Positions 23,825 to 36,077 of a stretch of DNA of 64,000 nt are shown one piece after another. Source of the stretch: Octopus sinensis. Taxonomy: Eukaryota. Below the pieces are notes generated by a model, which saw only the letters and a list, made by a program, of their open reading frames with translations, had not been told where the DNA came from and did not search any database. Position numbers and translations under genes: made by a program. Position 1 is the stretch's first letter; each line of letters opens with the position of its first letter. The stretch spans positions 68,076,001 to 68,140,000 of the forward strand of contig NC_043008.1 of assembly GCF_006345805.1 (NCBI RefSeq), in the 5' to 3' direction.

Positions 23825-24855
23825 AAGGGTTGAAACTTTTGTTTCCTTTTTAGAATCTGGCCTGAAAGTCGTCTTCCATAAGCAAATCAAGGACCTTCTG
23901 CAATTCACTCTGGATCTTGACAATGGTGTTAAAATGGTGACCTCTGAGCTGCATTTTCATCTTGGGGAAGAGATGGAAGTCTGCAGGTGCTAAATCTGGG
24001 AAATAGGGCAGGAAGCAAAACCATGTTGTTTTTGGTGAGCAACTCACAAGTGAGGAGAGCTTGGTGAAAAATCCAATTCTTCACGCTCCACAGACCCAGT
24101 CGCTTTCACTGAATGTCCTTTAAATGCTCCAAAATGTTGCAGTACAACTCTTCATTGACAATCTGGCCCTGGAGGACAAATTCTCAATGCACAATACAAC
24201 ATTTCTGGGAGTGATACATGATAATTGTGGCAGGTCTTCCAGATCACTCATCATCTTCCAGGGGCTTTTTTCCACTTTTGAAGCACCTGTGCCACTCAAA
24301 ACATGTATGGCCCCTTGCCTTGTCACCATAAGCTTGCCAAAGCATGCTCAATGCCTCTGTAACAGACTTCCCTAGTTTAATGCAAAATTTCATGTTGGCT
24401 CTTTGTTCCTGTCCATGACAGAATCGTAGACTACAGCAAGATGGCGAGCTGGTAGAATCGTTAGCACACCAGGCAAAATGCTTAGCGGTATTCCATCTGC
24501 CATTACGTTCTGAGTTCAAATTCTGCTAAAGTCAACTTTCATCCTTTCAGGTTCGATAAATTAAGTACCAGTTACGCACTGGGGTCGATATAATCGACTT
24601 AATCCATTTGTCTGTCCTTGTTTGTCCCCTCTATGTTTAGCCCCTTGTGGGCAATAAAGAAATAAGAATCGTAGACTACAGCATACACATGATCACAAAA
24701 ATACAAATTTCACAACTTGCGAAGTAAACACAGCGATTTCACTCGGCAAACTGCTTCATGAAGGTCACTGTTAGCTCTCAGTGTGCAAGCAACTATGTGC
24801 CGCCATCTGTTGGCATGCTACAGAACTAGTCCGGGAACTTTTTGATACCACCTCA
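23825..24855 (-). mobile_element. Internally deleted mariner-like element with a family A SINE insertion (24439-24664)
   Basis: Peptides QEQRANMKFCIKLGKS...FEWHRCFKSG and PYFPDLAPADFHLFPKMK. One TIR is at about 24825-24855. The SINE has a 19-bp TSD AGAATCGTAGACTACAGCA. Confidence 0.85.
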
Positions 24856-25433
24856 TGCAAACATACTAAAGGTTCTTGTGCCTAATGATATAAAAAAAAA
24901 TTAAAAGAAAAAGAAAAAAAAACACAGAAGCTTTTGTAACAAAAGGTTTTGTGTCTAGTCAAACGGAATTACACAAAATACATCTTTCATTTCATTTGAA
25001 AATAAACGAGGTTAAACTGACAACAGTTCCCAAAATGTATCACACAAAATACAACAGAAATTTAATTTTCAGCATTTATCTGTTTTTGAATGTCATGTCA
25101 GTTTTAGGAGAGATGTCAGGTGGGTGACTACATCTGCTGAAATACCATTATATCATCTATTCATCAGTCATTAGCATTATTCCCTATTCACACAAGCTAC
25201 CAAGGGCTTTATTCTTCATCATTTTTTTTTTCTTTCAAATTTTTTTTTTTAGTTCCAATGTCATTTTCTTGGGGTGAAATTGAATCATTAAGTAGAAGGT
25301 TTTGTCTTTAATGTGAAATAACACTGAAATAGCAAAGATAAAAAGGGAAGTGTATGTATATACTAACACACACACATATATGTCTGTATACATACACATA
25401 CATATATATACATATATATATACATATATACAT

Positions 25434-25469
<36 letters not shown>

Positions 25470-25726
25470 GTATATATATGTAAACACACATATACATTTA
25501 TAAATAAATATAAATATATACATTCATATATATACACACACACACACATATATATACAATATGTTACATAATGTCAGCACTTTATTTTCTAGCACAAGAA
25601 TGTTGAATATAAATTCAGAAAGTGAACTTTTCTTTCCTCCCAGTGAAATATCAAAATGCATTGTCTTCTCTCATTATTGTAATTTGGTGACTTCTTTTGC
25701 ACAGCAGTACTTTAAGTATACATTAC

Positions 25727-25756
25727 TTTGCTGGTACAAGTTTAAATGTGCATTTT
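25727..25756 (-). other. Speculative short exon (ENAHLNLYQQ)
   Basis: TTTTCAG acceptor and GTAATG donor; the phase fits the 32971-33001 candidate. Sequence-only guess. Confidence 0.15.
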
Positions 25757-25903
25757 CTGAAAATGTGGTTGTACCCCACTGCTTCTCTTGTTCTCCTTTT
25801 CAGTTAACTCTTTACGATACACTCTGTGTACCTAATCAGTTCAGTGCACCTGTGTCCCTCTTATCCACCTAGTCTAAAACTGGAATATGCATTGTATGTA
25901 TGC

Positions 25904-25938
<35 letters not shown>

Positions 25939-26049
25939 TGTATGTATGTATGTACGTATGTATGTATATGTATTTGTATATATATATATATATATATGTG
26001 TGTATGTGTGTGTGTGTGTATGTATGTGTATATATATATATATGTATGT

Positions 26050-26600
26050 AAAAATCAAAATCATTTCGATGACTGGCATCTGTACTAGTGGGTTGCAAAG
26101 AGCACCATACAAGTGTGATCGTTACCAGCGTCGCCTTACTGGCACTTATGCCTGTGCTAGTAGGGTGCCAAGAACACCATCTGAGCATGATCGTTACCAG
26201 CGTCGCCTTACTGGCACTTATGCCTGTGCTAGTAGGGTGCCAAGAACACCATCTGAGCATGATCATTGCCAGAGCAGCCAACTGGCTTCCGTACCCATGG
26301 CACATAAAAGGGCACCATTTGAGCGTGATCGTTACCAACGTTGCTTCACTGGCACCTGTGCCGGTGGGACATGTAAAAAGATTCGAGCGAGGTCATTGCC
26401 AGTACCGCCTGACTAGCCCCCATGCAGGTGGCACGTAAAAAGCACCCACTACACTCTCGGAGTGGTTGGCATTAGGAAGGGCATCCAGCTGTAGAAACTT
26501 TGCCAGATCAAGACTGGAGCCTGGTACAGCCATCTGGTTGCCAGCCCTCAGTCAAAATCATCCAACCCATGGAAAACAGATGTTAAATGTTGATGATGAT
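26050..26600 (+). mobile_element. RTE LINE 3'UTR with an exact 72-bp tandem duplication
   Basis: Repeated GATCGTTACCAGCGTCGCCTTACTGGCAC...CATCTGAGCAT units, then the RTE terminal motif and (GAT)n. Other RTE tails lie at about 26690-26860(+), 30915-31120(-), 46290-46530(-) and 52860-53115(+). Confidence 0.8.
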
Positions 26601-26608
26601 GATGTATG

Positions 26609-26653
<45 letters not shown>

Positions 26654-26871
26654 TCTATATGCATACATACTTATGTGCAGGTGGTATGTAAAAGGCTCCT
26701 TACACACTCTGTAAACTGGTAGGCATTAGGAAGGGCATCCAGCGATAGAAACCATATCACAACAAACAACTGGAGTCTAGACATCCCCCACTGGCAGGTC
26801 AGCACTTGTCAAACCATCCAACCCATGCCAGCACGGAAAACAGACATTAAACGGTGACAATAATGTCTATA

Positions 26872-27063
26872 TAATAGTTCTATATTTAAGAGATGAGGAA
26901 TTATTTACATTATTTACATTATTTGCATTTGATGGATATTTGTCCTCGTCGTGTTTGTTGTTAACACGTTTTGGCTGATATACCCTCCAGCCTTCATCTG
27001 GTGTCTTGGGGAAATTTTGAACTTGGGTTCTCATTCCTAAGGTATTTTTCGATGTTGTTGTTG

Positions 27064-27112
<49 letters not shown>

Positions 27113-27160
27113 AGTCACTGCTTGGAATCGAACTCAGAATCTTGCAGTATGTAGCTCTGC
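26872..27160 (-). mobile_element. Composite element: tRNA B-box head + (AAT)n + Penelope-like tail with hammerhead remnant
   Basis: Minus strand has GAGTTCGATTCC (27124-27135) then CAGTGAC, (AAT)n, and GACAC-CAGATGA-A-GGCTG-loop-CAGCC-AAAA-CGT-GTT (26962-27005). Confidence 0.65.
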
Positions 27161-29200
27161 ATGATTTTTCTCTGCATGAGTATTTATTATTTTTATTTGT
27201 ATATATAGCAGTTCTGACTTCATTTTCTGACGTTATTACCATGTTCGCTATATCATAATCATTTCTGTTATCACAATTTGGGTGTGTTTGGTGATTATCA
27301 TTGCGGCTCATATCTCCTTCATTGGTATTTAGCCGCGTATGAGTATGTCCAGCAGGTGGGTTATTGAACTGTTGTCACATTTTACTATTGTTTATGTAGT
27401 GCATGTGCTGCTCTAAATTAGTAGAGTTAACATAGGATACCGTCATGGTGTGCCAATTAAAAATAGCATGGCATCTATTCTTTTTTTTTTTGGCCTTTTC
27501 AAGCCTAACCAGGCTCATGGGCCTGGTTTCCCGGTTTCTGTGGCCTGTGTGTTCCCCCCAGATGGACGGGACGCTAGTCCATCACAGTGTTACTCAAAAA
27601 ACAGGAAAAGAGAGTGAGAGAAAGTTGAGGCGAAAGGGTATAACAGGGGTCGCCACCACCCCCTGCCAGGGCCTTGTGGAGCTTCTAGGTATTTTTCGCT
27701 CAATAAATACACACAACGCTCGGTCTGGGAATCGAAACCACGATCCTCCGACTGCGAGTCCACTGCCCTAACCACTGGGCCATTGTGCCTCCACATGGCA
27801 TCTATTAGATTTAGGAAAACATTTGTCTAAAGTAGCAAAACATTTTCCAGCAATCTTGGTTGAAACATGCAAAATGAAAATTGGGTTGTACTAGAGGACA
27901 TAATGATTCCTATATCTGTTGTTTGGCTCATCTGATTTAGTCTGTTGTACAGGATTGGAACAATTTACTGTTATGAGCAGTTGGATTATTGTGTAGTGTT
28001 TGTCTATGAGTTTTTGATGGTAGTTCATTATCTTGGTAGTTCATTTTCCTGGCCCATATTCTCAATCTGAGTAAATTCTCATACCATAACATTGTGATGA
28101 TGCACAATGTGTATTATTATTGGAGGAATTGACAGTGTTGTGTATGCCTGTGTCTTGTATATATTGAATTTTCTCACGGTGTCCAGCCCAGGCTAAAACA
28201 GCATTATAATAAGCTGCATGTGATTCGAAAATTTTTTTATTAGCAGATAATCTAGAAATTCTTGTAGAAATATTCTCAACTAATCCCCATATTATCGAGG
28301 GTGGATGGTTGGATACTACATTTATGTACTTAATATGATCATTTGATTTATGAAATGGTTCAAATAATCCAGTATCAAGACAGAAGGAAGCATCAAGAAA
28401 ATTTACTCTACGATTATCTTTTCCCATAGTAATGTTTAGTCCTAAACTTTAAAAAAATTTAAAGAAAGATTTCCTATGTCTTTCTAATTGTACTTTACTA
28501 CTTCTGTCCAGAAAGAATAGGGCATCATCTTTATATAGAGCCCCTGTTACTTCCAGAAAAGAAGACTGGATTAATGAAAGGATATATATTCCAACCTGTG
28601 CAGAGACAGATGACCCCATTGCTATATGAAAAGCATTCTCTCTATCTAATCTACTCCATAATCTACGATCAAAATCTACGAAAGTAGTTTACATGGCAAG
28701 TATTATAGCTATTTCTCATTGGGACAAATCAGAATTTCTCATAATATAAATCAGGGCTCTGTTGAGGACAATCGGATTAATAGTGGTGTAATAACTCTCT
28801 ACATCTAGTTGCAAGAATTTAATATTCTTGCTAATTTCTAGAAGCTTAAATCATCCAACTAGAAGGCTAATCTAATTTTAGACTTGGAGGAGGTAGTACT
28901 CTATCAATAATTTTCTTACTAATAATCCTTGTATCAGATTTAGAAGGTCAAATCAATCTAGGGGTCAATAAGAAAGTTAGGTTTACAATCCTTAAGCATA
29001 ATGTGGGATGTTCTAGGGATGTATGGCTCAGTTCTATCATCTATAGCTAAATTGCTAGCAATTTGTAACCCTATATTGTTTATTGATAGATAGATCCTCT
29101 CATTGTGAATGACAAATGAGGGCTCAGTAAAATAAAGCAATAATAAAATAAAGCTGCTTCTAGGGACTCGTTGGTCCAAAATAATGTTTAGAGATTGATT
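27160..29200 (-). pseudogene. Penelope-like (Neptune-type) reverse transcriptase, disrupted, GIY-YIG missing
   Basis: Motifs MLKDCKPNF, FLQLDVESYY, FHIAMGS...GIYIL, LYKDDAL, VNFLDASF...SNHPPSII and YNP...FPKSNRCHAIFNWHTMTVSY. Confidence 0.9.
27480..27794 (-). mobile_element. tRNA-derived SINE (family C, Arg-like head) inserted in the Penelope ORF
   Basis: GTGGAGGCACAATGGCCCAGTGGTTAGGGCAG...GGTTTCGATTCCC head with a 12-bp TSD ATGGCATCTATT (27468-27479, 27795-27806). Related heads lie at about 47325-47590(-), 54085-54375(-), 57585-57980(+) and 60085-60235(+). Confidence 0.9.
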
Positions 29201-29249
29201 CCATGGTAGGATGAGATGAGCCCTCCTTCTTCAAAGAAGAGATCTTACA

Positions 29250-30390
29250 TTTGAGGTGTCAAAGGAAAGAAGTTCAGAAATGGAATATTCTATCTCTGAA
29301 CTTGTTTCCTTTTCCAGCCTGGAAGTCGTTTTCTGTAAGCGAGTCAAGGACCTTCTGTAATTCACTCTTGATCCCAATAATGGTGTTAAAATGGCAACCT
29401 TTGAGCTGCATTTTCAGTTACAGGAATAGATGGAAGTCTGTAGGTGCTAAATTTGGTGAATAGGGTGGGTGTGGAAGCAATACCATGTTATTTTTGGCAA
29501 GGAACTCATGAGTGAGGAGAACTCAATGACAGAGTGCATTGTCATTGTGAAGAATCCAATTCTGCGCACTCCACAGATCTGGTCACTTTTACTTAATGTC
29601 CTCTCTCAAATGCTTCAAAATATCACAGTAGAACTCTCAATTGATGGTCTGACCCTGGGTAGACAAATTCTTGATGCACAATACTGCAGATGTTGAAAAA
29701 AGTTATGAGCATTCTCCTGATTGGGCTGTGGCTCTGTCAAACCTTCTTTGTGATGACTGCTGCTTTGTCACAGGGTCATACATGTAGACCTACCTCTTGT
29801 CACCGGTGATGACACAACCTGAAGGATAGATCATTGGTGGCATGATGATGGAGGTCTCAACAGACTTCAATACGATATTCTTTTTGCCTAGTGATCAGCA
29901 AGCAGGGGGAAAACTTGGCAGAGATACACTGCAAGTTCAATTCAGATGTTAGGATTGCCTGCATGGACCCATACAACATCAGCAATGTCATTGATTGTCC
30001 TCCAATGATCCTCATGCACAAGCTGATGAACTTTTTCCATGGCAGATCTTCCAGATCACTCATCATCTTCCAGAGACTTTCCTCTGCTTTTGAAATATCC
30101 ATGCCACTTGAAACATTGTGTGTAATTCTCTTTAGCATACTTCCCGACTTTAATGCAAAATTTCATGTTGGCTTTTTGTTCCAACTTCCTGTCCATGTGA
30201 AAATCGAAGACCACAGCATACATGTAATCACAAAAACACAAATTTCACAACTTGTAAAGTAAACACAACGATGTCACTTGGCACACTGCCTTATGAAGAT
30301 CATAGCTAGCTTTCATTGCGCACACAACCATGTGCTGCCATCTGTTGGTGGACCACAGAACTAGTCTGAGAACTTTTTAATACCACCTCA
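29250..30390 (-). mobile_element. Second internally deleted copy of the mariner-like family at 23825
   Basis: Shared peptides EQKANMKFCIKVGK...CFKWHGYFKSRGKSLEDDE, and the same TIR ending CCACCTCA|TA. Confidence 0.8.
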
Positions 30391-30644
30391 TATATACACA
30401 CACACACATATAAGACATTAAAAATAAGAATGGAGATTTACACATCCTCAAAGTTTCTTAATTACAATTTCATATAAATTACATTCAATTTTAAATCTCT
30501 GTCCAATATGTGTTTTTACTGCATAGATATCCTAAGATGTGGCACCCAGTTGCATCTTGTTGGCTCAATTGCATTATAAGTTCACCCAAGGTGAACGTAT
30601 CCATGCAGCTTTATTCAAGGTGATACCATTATGAGAATAATGTA

Positions 30645-30694
30645 GACACCTCTGATGAGAAGCCTATAAGGTTCGAAAATTGATTAAGGTTGTT
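30645..30694 (+). ncRNA. Minimal type-I hammerhead ribozyme with intact catalytic core
   Basis: GACACCT-CTGATGA-GAAGCCT-ATA-AGGTTC-GAAA-ATTGATT-A-AGGTTGTT has all core bases, the G10.1-C11.1 pair, a self-complementary stem III and a UUA cleavage triplet ending at 30686. Confidence 0.75.
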
Positions 30695-32552
30695 CATCGT
30701 TTTTTCAGTCAGCAGAGAAATAGCTAAAATTTGCCCTGTTTATTATTATACCATGTATATATAAATTTATCCCCAATAACACTGACAAAGAAGACCAGCT
30801 CTATTGCGTAGTGTAAAAAGGCTTTAGGCTGGTGGCTAGCTTTTCTGAAGTACATGTACTTTATATAAAGTTTAGATAGCAGTTATGTTCTCTGAGTTCC
30901 TTTTATATATGTCATCATCATCATCATCATCATCGTTTAACGTCCGTTCTCCATGCTAGCATGGGTTGGACAGTTCGACCGGGGATCTGGAAAGCCAGAA
31001 GGCTGCACCAGGCTCCAGTCTTATCTGGCAGTGTTTCTACAGCTGGATGCCCTTCCTAACGCCAACCACTCCGTGAGTGTAGTGGGTGCTTTTTACGTGC
31101 CACCTGCACAGGTGCCAGGCGATATATATAAATGCATATATATATATTCTTTTATTCTTTTACTTGTTTCAGTCACTTGACTGTGGCCATGCTGGAGCAC
31201 CGGCTTTAGTTGAGCAAATTGACAGCAGGACTTAGTCTTTGTAAGCCTAGTACTTATTTTATTGGTTTCTTTTGCCAAACTGCTCAATTATGGGGACATA
31301 AACACACTAGCATCAGCTGTCAAGCAATGTTGGGGGGGGGGACAAACACACACACACACACACACACACAAATACACACACACACAAATACACACACACA
31401 CACACACACATATATATACACACAACAGGCTTCTTTCAGTTTCGGTCTACCAAATCCACTCACAAAGCATTGGTTGGCCCAAAGCTATAGCAGAAGACAC
31501 TTGCCCAAGATGCCATGCAGTGGGACTAAATCTAGGACCATGTGGTTGGTAAGCAAGCTACTTACCACATAGTCACTCCTGCGCCTAAATATTCATGTAT
31601 ATAATCACACACAGACATATATGGGTTAATGTTGCCATTGGTTTCATGTTAAGAAAGATATTCCTTAACAATTATCAAGCTTCCAACATGGAACATTGGT
31701 GCTTGTCTCCATCTTGGATTAAAACAAGTGTTATTATTATCGTGCTAAAGAAGGTGGCAAGCTGGAAGAATTGTTAGCATACCAGATGAAATGCTAAGCA
31801 GTATTTTGTCTGTCGCTACGTTCTGAGTTCCAATTCTATCAAGGTCGACTTTGACTTTCATCCTTTTGGTGGGGGTCGATAAATTAAGTACCAGTTGAAC
31901 ACTGGGGTTGATGTTATCAACATATCCCCTCCCCCGAAATGGCTTCCCTTGTGGCAAAATTTGAAATCATTATTATTGTGCTAATGATACTGCCAACTTG
32001 TTGCCTTAAAATAATAATAATGGGTTCAAATTTTGGTACAAGACCAGCAATTTCAGGGGAGGGTATAAGTTAATACATCAATCTCAGTGTTCCACAGGTA
32101 CTTATTTCATCGACCCCAAAATGATGAAAGGCAAAGTCAACCTCAGTGGAAGTTGAACTCAGAACATGAAGATGGACAAAATGCTGCTGAGCACTTTGCC
32201 AGTCGTGCTTATGACTCCGCCAGCTCACCAACAGGAGGAGGAGGAGGAGAATCTTTACTTTATTAACTGAAGATGAATGCTATATGGGGGTAAGACAAAC
32301 TTGCAGGCTAGTATTAAAGAGTTATATAAAGATGAAAAAAGGGACGAAATACGTTATACAATTAAAGTTAAGTTAAATATTTATATAAGTAGGAGTGTAG
32401 GTATGGGAGTGGCTGTGTGGTAAGTAGCTTGCTTACAAACCACATGGTTCCGGGTTCAGTCCCACTGTGTGGGCAAGTGTCTTCTACTATAGCCTCGGGC
32501 TGACCAAAGCCTTGGGAGTGGATTTGGTAGACGGAAACTGAAAGAAGCCTGT

Positions 32553-32584
<32 letters not shown>

Positions 32585-32970
32585 CATATGTATGTGTATG
32601 TATATATTTGTGTGTCTGTGTTTGTCCTCCCAACATCGCTTGACAACCGATGCTGGTGTGTTTACATCCCCATAACTTAGCGGTTTGGCAAAAGAGATCG
32701 ATAGAATAAGTACTAGGCTTACAAAGAATAAGTCCGGGGGTCGATTAGTTCGACTAAAGGCAGTGCTTCAGCATGGCCACAGTCACATGACTGAAACAAG
32801 TAAAAAGAGTAAGTAGTAACATAAAAATAAATTAAAAGGATGATAAAACACAATGATTAAAATAAGATATAATTAAAAAGTAAGAAAACATGAAAAATAG
32901 TTTGGTTTCTTCTCCAGACAAAGAAAATTACTAGCTTTATGGAGTTAGATTATGCCATGGCCCTACCCAC

Positions 32971-33001
32971 CTGCTATTGCTTGTAATGCTGTGTCATGCA
33001 T
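32971..33001 (-). other. Speculative 31-nt exon (MHDTALQAIA)
   Basis: TTTTAG acceptor and CAG|GTGGGT donor in non-repeat DNA; only the phase-0 frame is open. Confidence 0.25.
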
Positions 33002-33606
33002 CTAAAAGCACCTGTTAACAAGTTTTGAGTTGGTTGGGGGTAGATAAGAATGCATGTTTGTTAGGATAAGTTCAAACTATCAATAAAGAATGAGTTTTGG
33101 CTGGGTTGGGAGTTGGCAAAGGTCAAGTAAAATAAAAACTTGCTTTGTAAACACATAAGTAACAAATCCAGATTTTTAAAAAATGTCTTTATAGCAAAAG
33201 TAAAAAGAAACATGTCCATTGAAATGAAAAATAATAGTAATGGTAATTCTTTCTTTGATGGCACAAGGTCAGTAAGTTTAAGGGTTGGAGATGAGTTGAA
33301 TGCATTGACACTAGTACGTCAGTGGTACTTTATTTTATTGACCCTGAAAGGATGAGAACAAAGTTAACCTTGGTGAGATCTAAGTTCTGAATATAAAGAA
33401 CTGGAAGAAATGCTACAAGGCACTTTGTCTGATGCACCTGCAATTCAGCCAGTTTTAATAATAATGGTTTCAAATTTCGCCACAAGGCCAGTATTTTTTT
33501 TTTCTTTTTAGGAGAGTGGAGGTTCAGTTGAGACCAGTGCTCAACTGGAACTTATTTTACTAACTCTGAAAGAGTGAAAAACAAAGTCAACTCAGCAGAA
33601 CATTAA

Positions 33607-33826
33607 TCCTTTAGCGTTCAGATTAATCTGTCAAATGTAATTCTTATTCATTCACATTGTTTAGAATTAATCATGCAATGTCTCATAGCTTTGAGATTTC
33701 AATGATGTGATTGTTTATTTTTAGAATGACATTGTAGGGCAGGTTGAAAAGGCTGGATCTGGCCACTGTGTACATGAAACAGGTACAATATTTTGACTGG
33801 ATATGGCTGGTTTAATTGCTAATAGG
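33607..33826 (+). mobile_element. TTAA-flanked MITE (piggyBac-like)
   Basis: TTAA at 33603-33606 and 33827-33830; same body as the 8025 copy. Confidence 0.75.
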
Positions 33827-35023
33827 TTAAACTCAAAATGTAAAGAGCCAGGAAAAATGCCATGAAAAAGTTTGTCCAGTGTGCTAATTAATGATTCTGT
33901 AAACTTGCAACAATAATGATGGTAATTGTTTCTGATTTAGGTACAAAGACAACAATTCTAAGGAGAGCTGGGGATCAGTCAGGACAAGTGACCCCCAGCA
34001 CTTGACTCATTCTTTATTTTATCAAACCTAAAAGGATGAGAGACAAACTTAACCTCAGGAGGGTTTGAACTCCGAGGGTCAAGAGCAAGAAGAGATGTTT
34101 TGTCCAAATCGCTAATGACTCTGCCAGCTCAGAATTCTTTTTAATTCTGGCATAAAGCCAGCAATTTTGAGGAGACAAGGCAAGACAATTACATTGACTC
34201 TAATATCTGACTGATATTTTATCAACCCTGAAAGGATGAAAGGCTAAGTCAACCTAGGTGAGATTTGAACTAAGAATATAAAGAACCAGAAAGAATGTTC
34301 TTAAACATTTTATCTGACACACTAATGATTCTACCAAACTCACAGTCTCAATGAAAATAATAATAATCTTTGAAATTTTTAGGGGAGTGGGGCTAGTTGA
34401 TTATGTCACCCCACCACTACTTGATTGGTACTTAATTTATCAACACTGAAAGGATAAACAGTAAAGTCAGCCTGGGTGGAATTTGAACTCAGAATGTAAA
34501 GAGGGACAAAATGTTACAAAACATTTTGTCTTGAGCACTAACAGTTTTGCCAGCCACAGCCTTAATAATAATAAAGGCAGCAATTTTGGGGGAGGGGTTT
34601 GTTGATTACATCAACCCTAATACTCAGCTGGTACTTATTTTATCAACCCTGAAAGGATGAAAAGCGAAGTTGACCCCAGAAGAATTTGAACTCAGAATGA
34701 AAAAACTTGAAATGCTGTAAGTATTTTACCCAGCTTGCTAACAACTCTGCCAGCTCACTGCCTTAATAATAATAATAAACCTTTCTACTATAGGCACAAG
34801 GCCTGCAATTTTGGGGGAAGGGGACTAGTTGACTACACCAACCCTAGTACTTCACTGGTACTTACTTCATCAACCCCGAAAGGATGATAGGCAAGTCTAC
34901 CTCAGTGGAATTTGAACCCAGAATGTAAAGACAGATGAAATGCCATGAAGCATTTTACCCAGCATGCTAATGATTCTACCAGCTTGCCACCTTCATGATG
35001 ATGATGATGATGATAATAATAAT

Positions 35024-35386
35024 AACAAGCACTCAGAGAGCGCAAACCTCCACCAAGGCAACACCAACATCCTCTCAATGATTAGCCGGAGATGATTTTT
35101 AAAATGGGAATATCTGAAATAAACTCGACTGCTCTCATAAACAAGAATACTAAAAATGAACCCGACCACTCTCAAAATTTAAGTAAAAAAACAGGAAAAA
35201 TAATCCGGAATTCTTGTCCAGTACCAGATTGATCGCAAAATCTTATAAGTTCGTGTCAGTCACAAGGCCAAACATCTCTTAAAGTTTCATCTGAATCCAT
35301 CCAGTGGTTCTTGAGATATCTTGTCCATAGACAAACAAATACGACTGAAAACAATACCTCCACCTTCACCAAAGTGGAGGTAATAA
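35024..35386 (+). mobile_element. Helentron-associated non-autonomous element (DINE-1/HINE-like)
   Basis: 5' subterminal ACCTCCACC (35046-35054) is repeated in a 3' hairpin TACCTCCAC/GTGGAGGTA (35355-35382). No TSD; inserted in (TAA)n. Confidence 0.6.
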
Positions 35387-35722
35387 CAATAACAACAATA
35401 ATAATTGTTTCCAATTACAGGGAAGGGGCTAAGTCAGTTACATCAACCCTAATGCTCAACTGGTACCTATTTTATTGATTCCAAACAGATGAAAGGCAAA
35501 ATCAACCTCAGTGGAATTTGAACTCAGAACATAAAGATGGACAAAATGCTGCTAAGCATTTTGTCTTGGAGGAAAGTTGGGGTGGCTAACAATTCTGCCA
35601 GCTTGCTACCTTAATAATAATTACAATAACAATAATGATTTCTTTTATTTTCCACTGGGGCAAAGGATGTGGGTGACAATACAAAGATAGACAAAGTGTG
35701 AGGGTTTACATATAATGAAATG

Positions 35723-35783
<61 letters not shown>

Positions 35784-36077
35784 TATACATACACACACAT
35801 ATATACATACACACACAATACACACATAGTAATTATATATATATATATATAATAGCACACCTATTTGAGCACTCAGATTGCATACCTATTAGTTTGAGTC
35901 ATCCTGACGAAAATAACTCATATCCACTGTGTGTGTGCGCGCGCTCGCGTATTTACATACACACACATACACAGATCAGAAATTTTGAAAATTAAAGGTG
36001 TCTATTTACTTCCTGCATGTCTGTATGTGTGTGTGCGTGTGTGTATTTTCATATACACACACACACACACACACACA

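Larger units (their letters stand above)
33270..35612 (-). mobile_element. Stack of about nine same-orientation family A SINE copies
   Basis: Repeated GGATGAAAGGC...GAACTCAGAAT...CTGCCAGCT blocks separated by (TAA)n. A MITE and a Helentron-type element are nested inside. Confidence 0.85.

Noticed and set aside
25120-25175. CTGATGA on the minus strand
   Set aside because: No downstream GAAA or stem II.
27720-27794. tRNA-like heads of family C SINEs as real tRNA genes (also 54300-54375 and 57585-57650)
   Set aside because: Stems are broken, and the heads run into SINE bodies with tails and TSDs.
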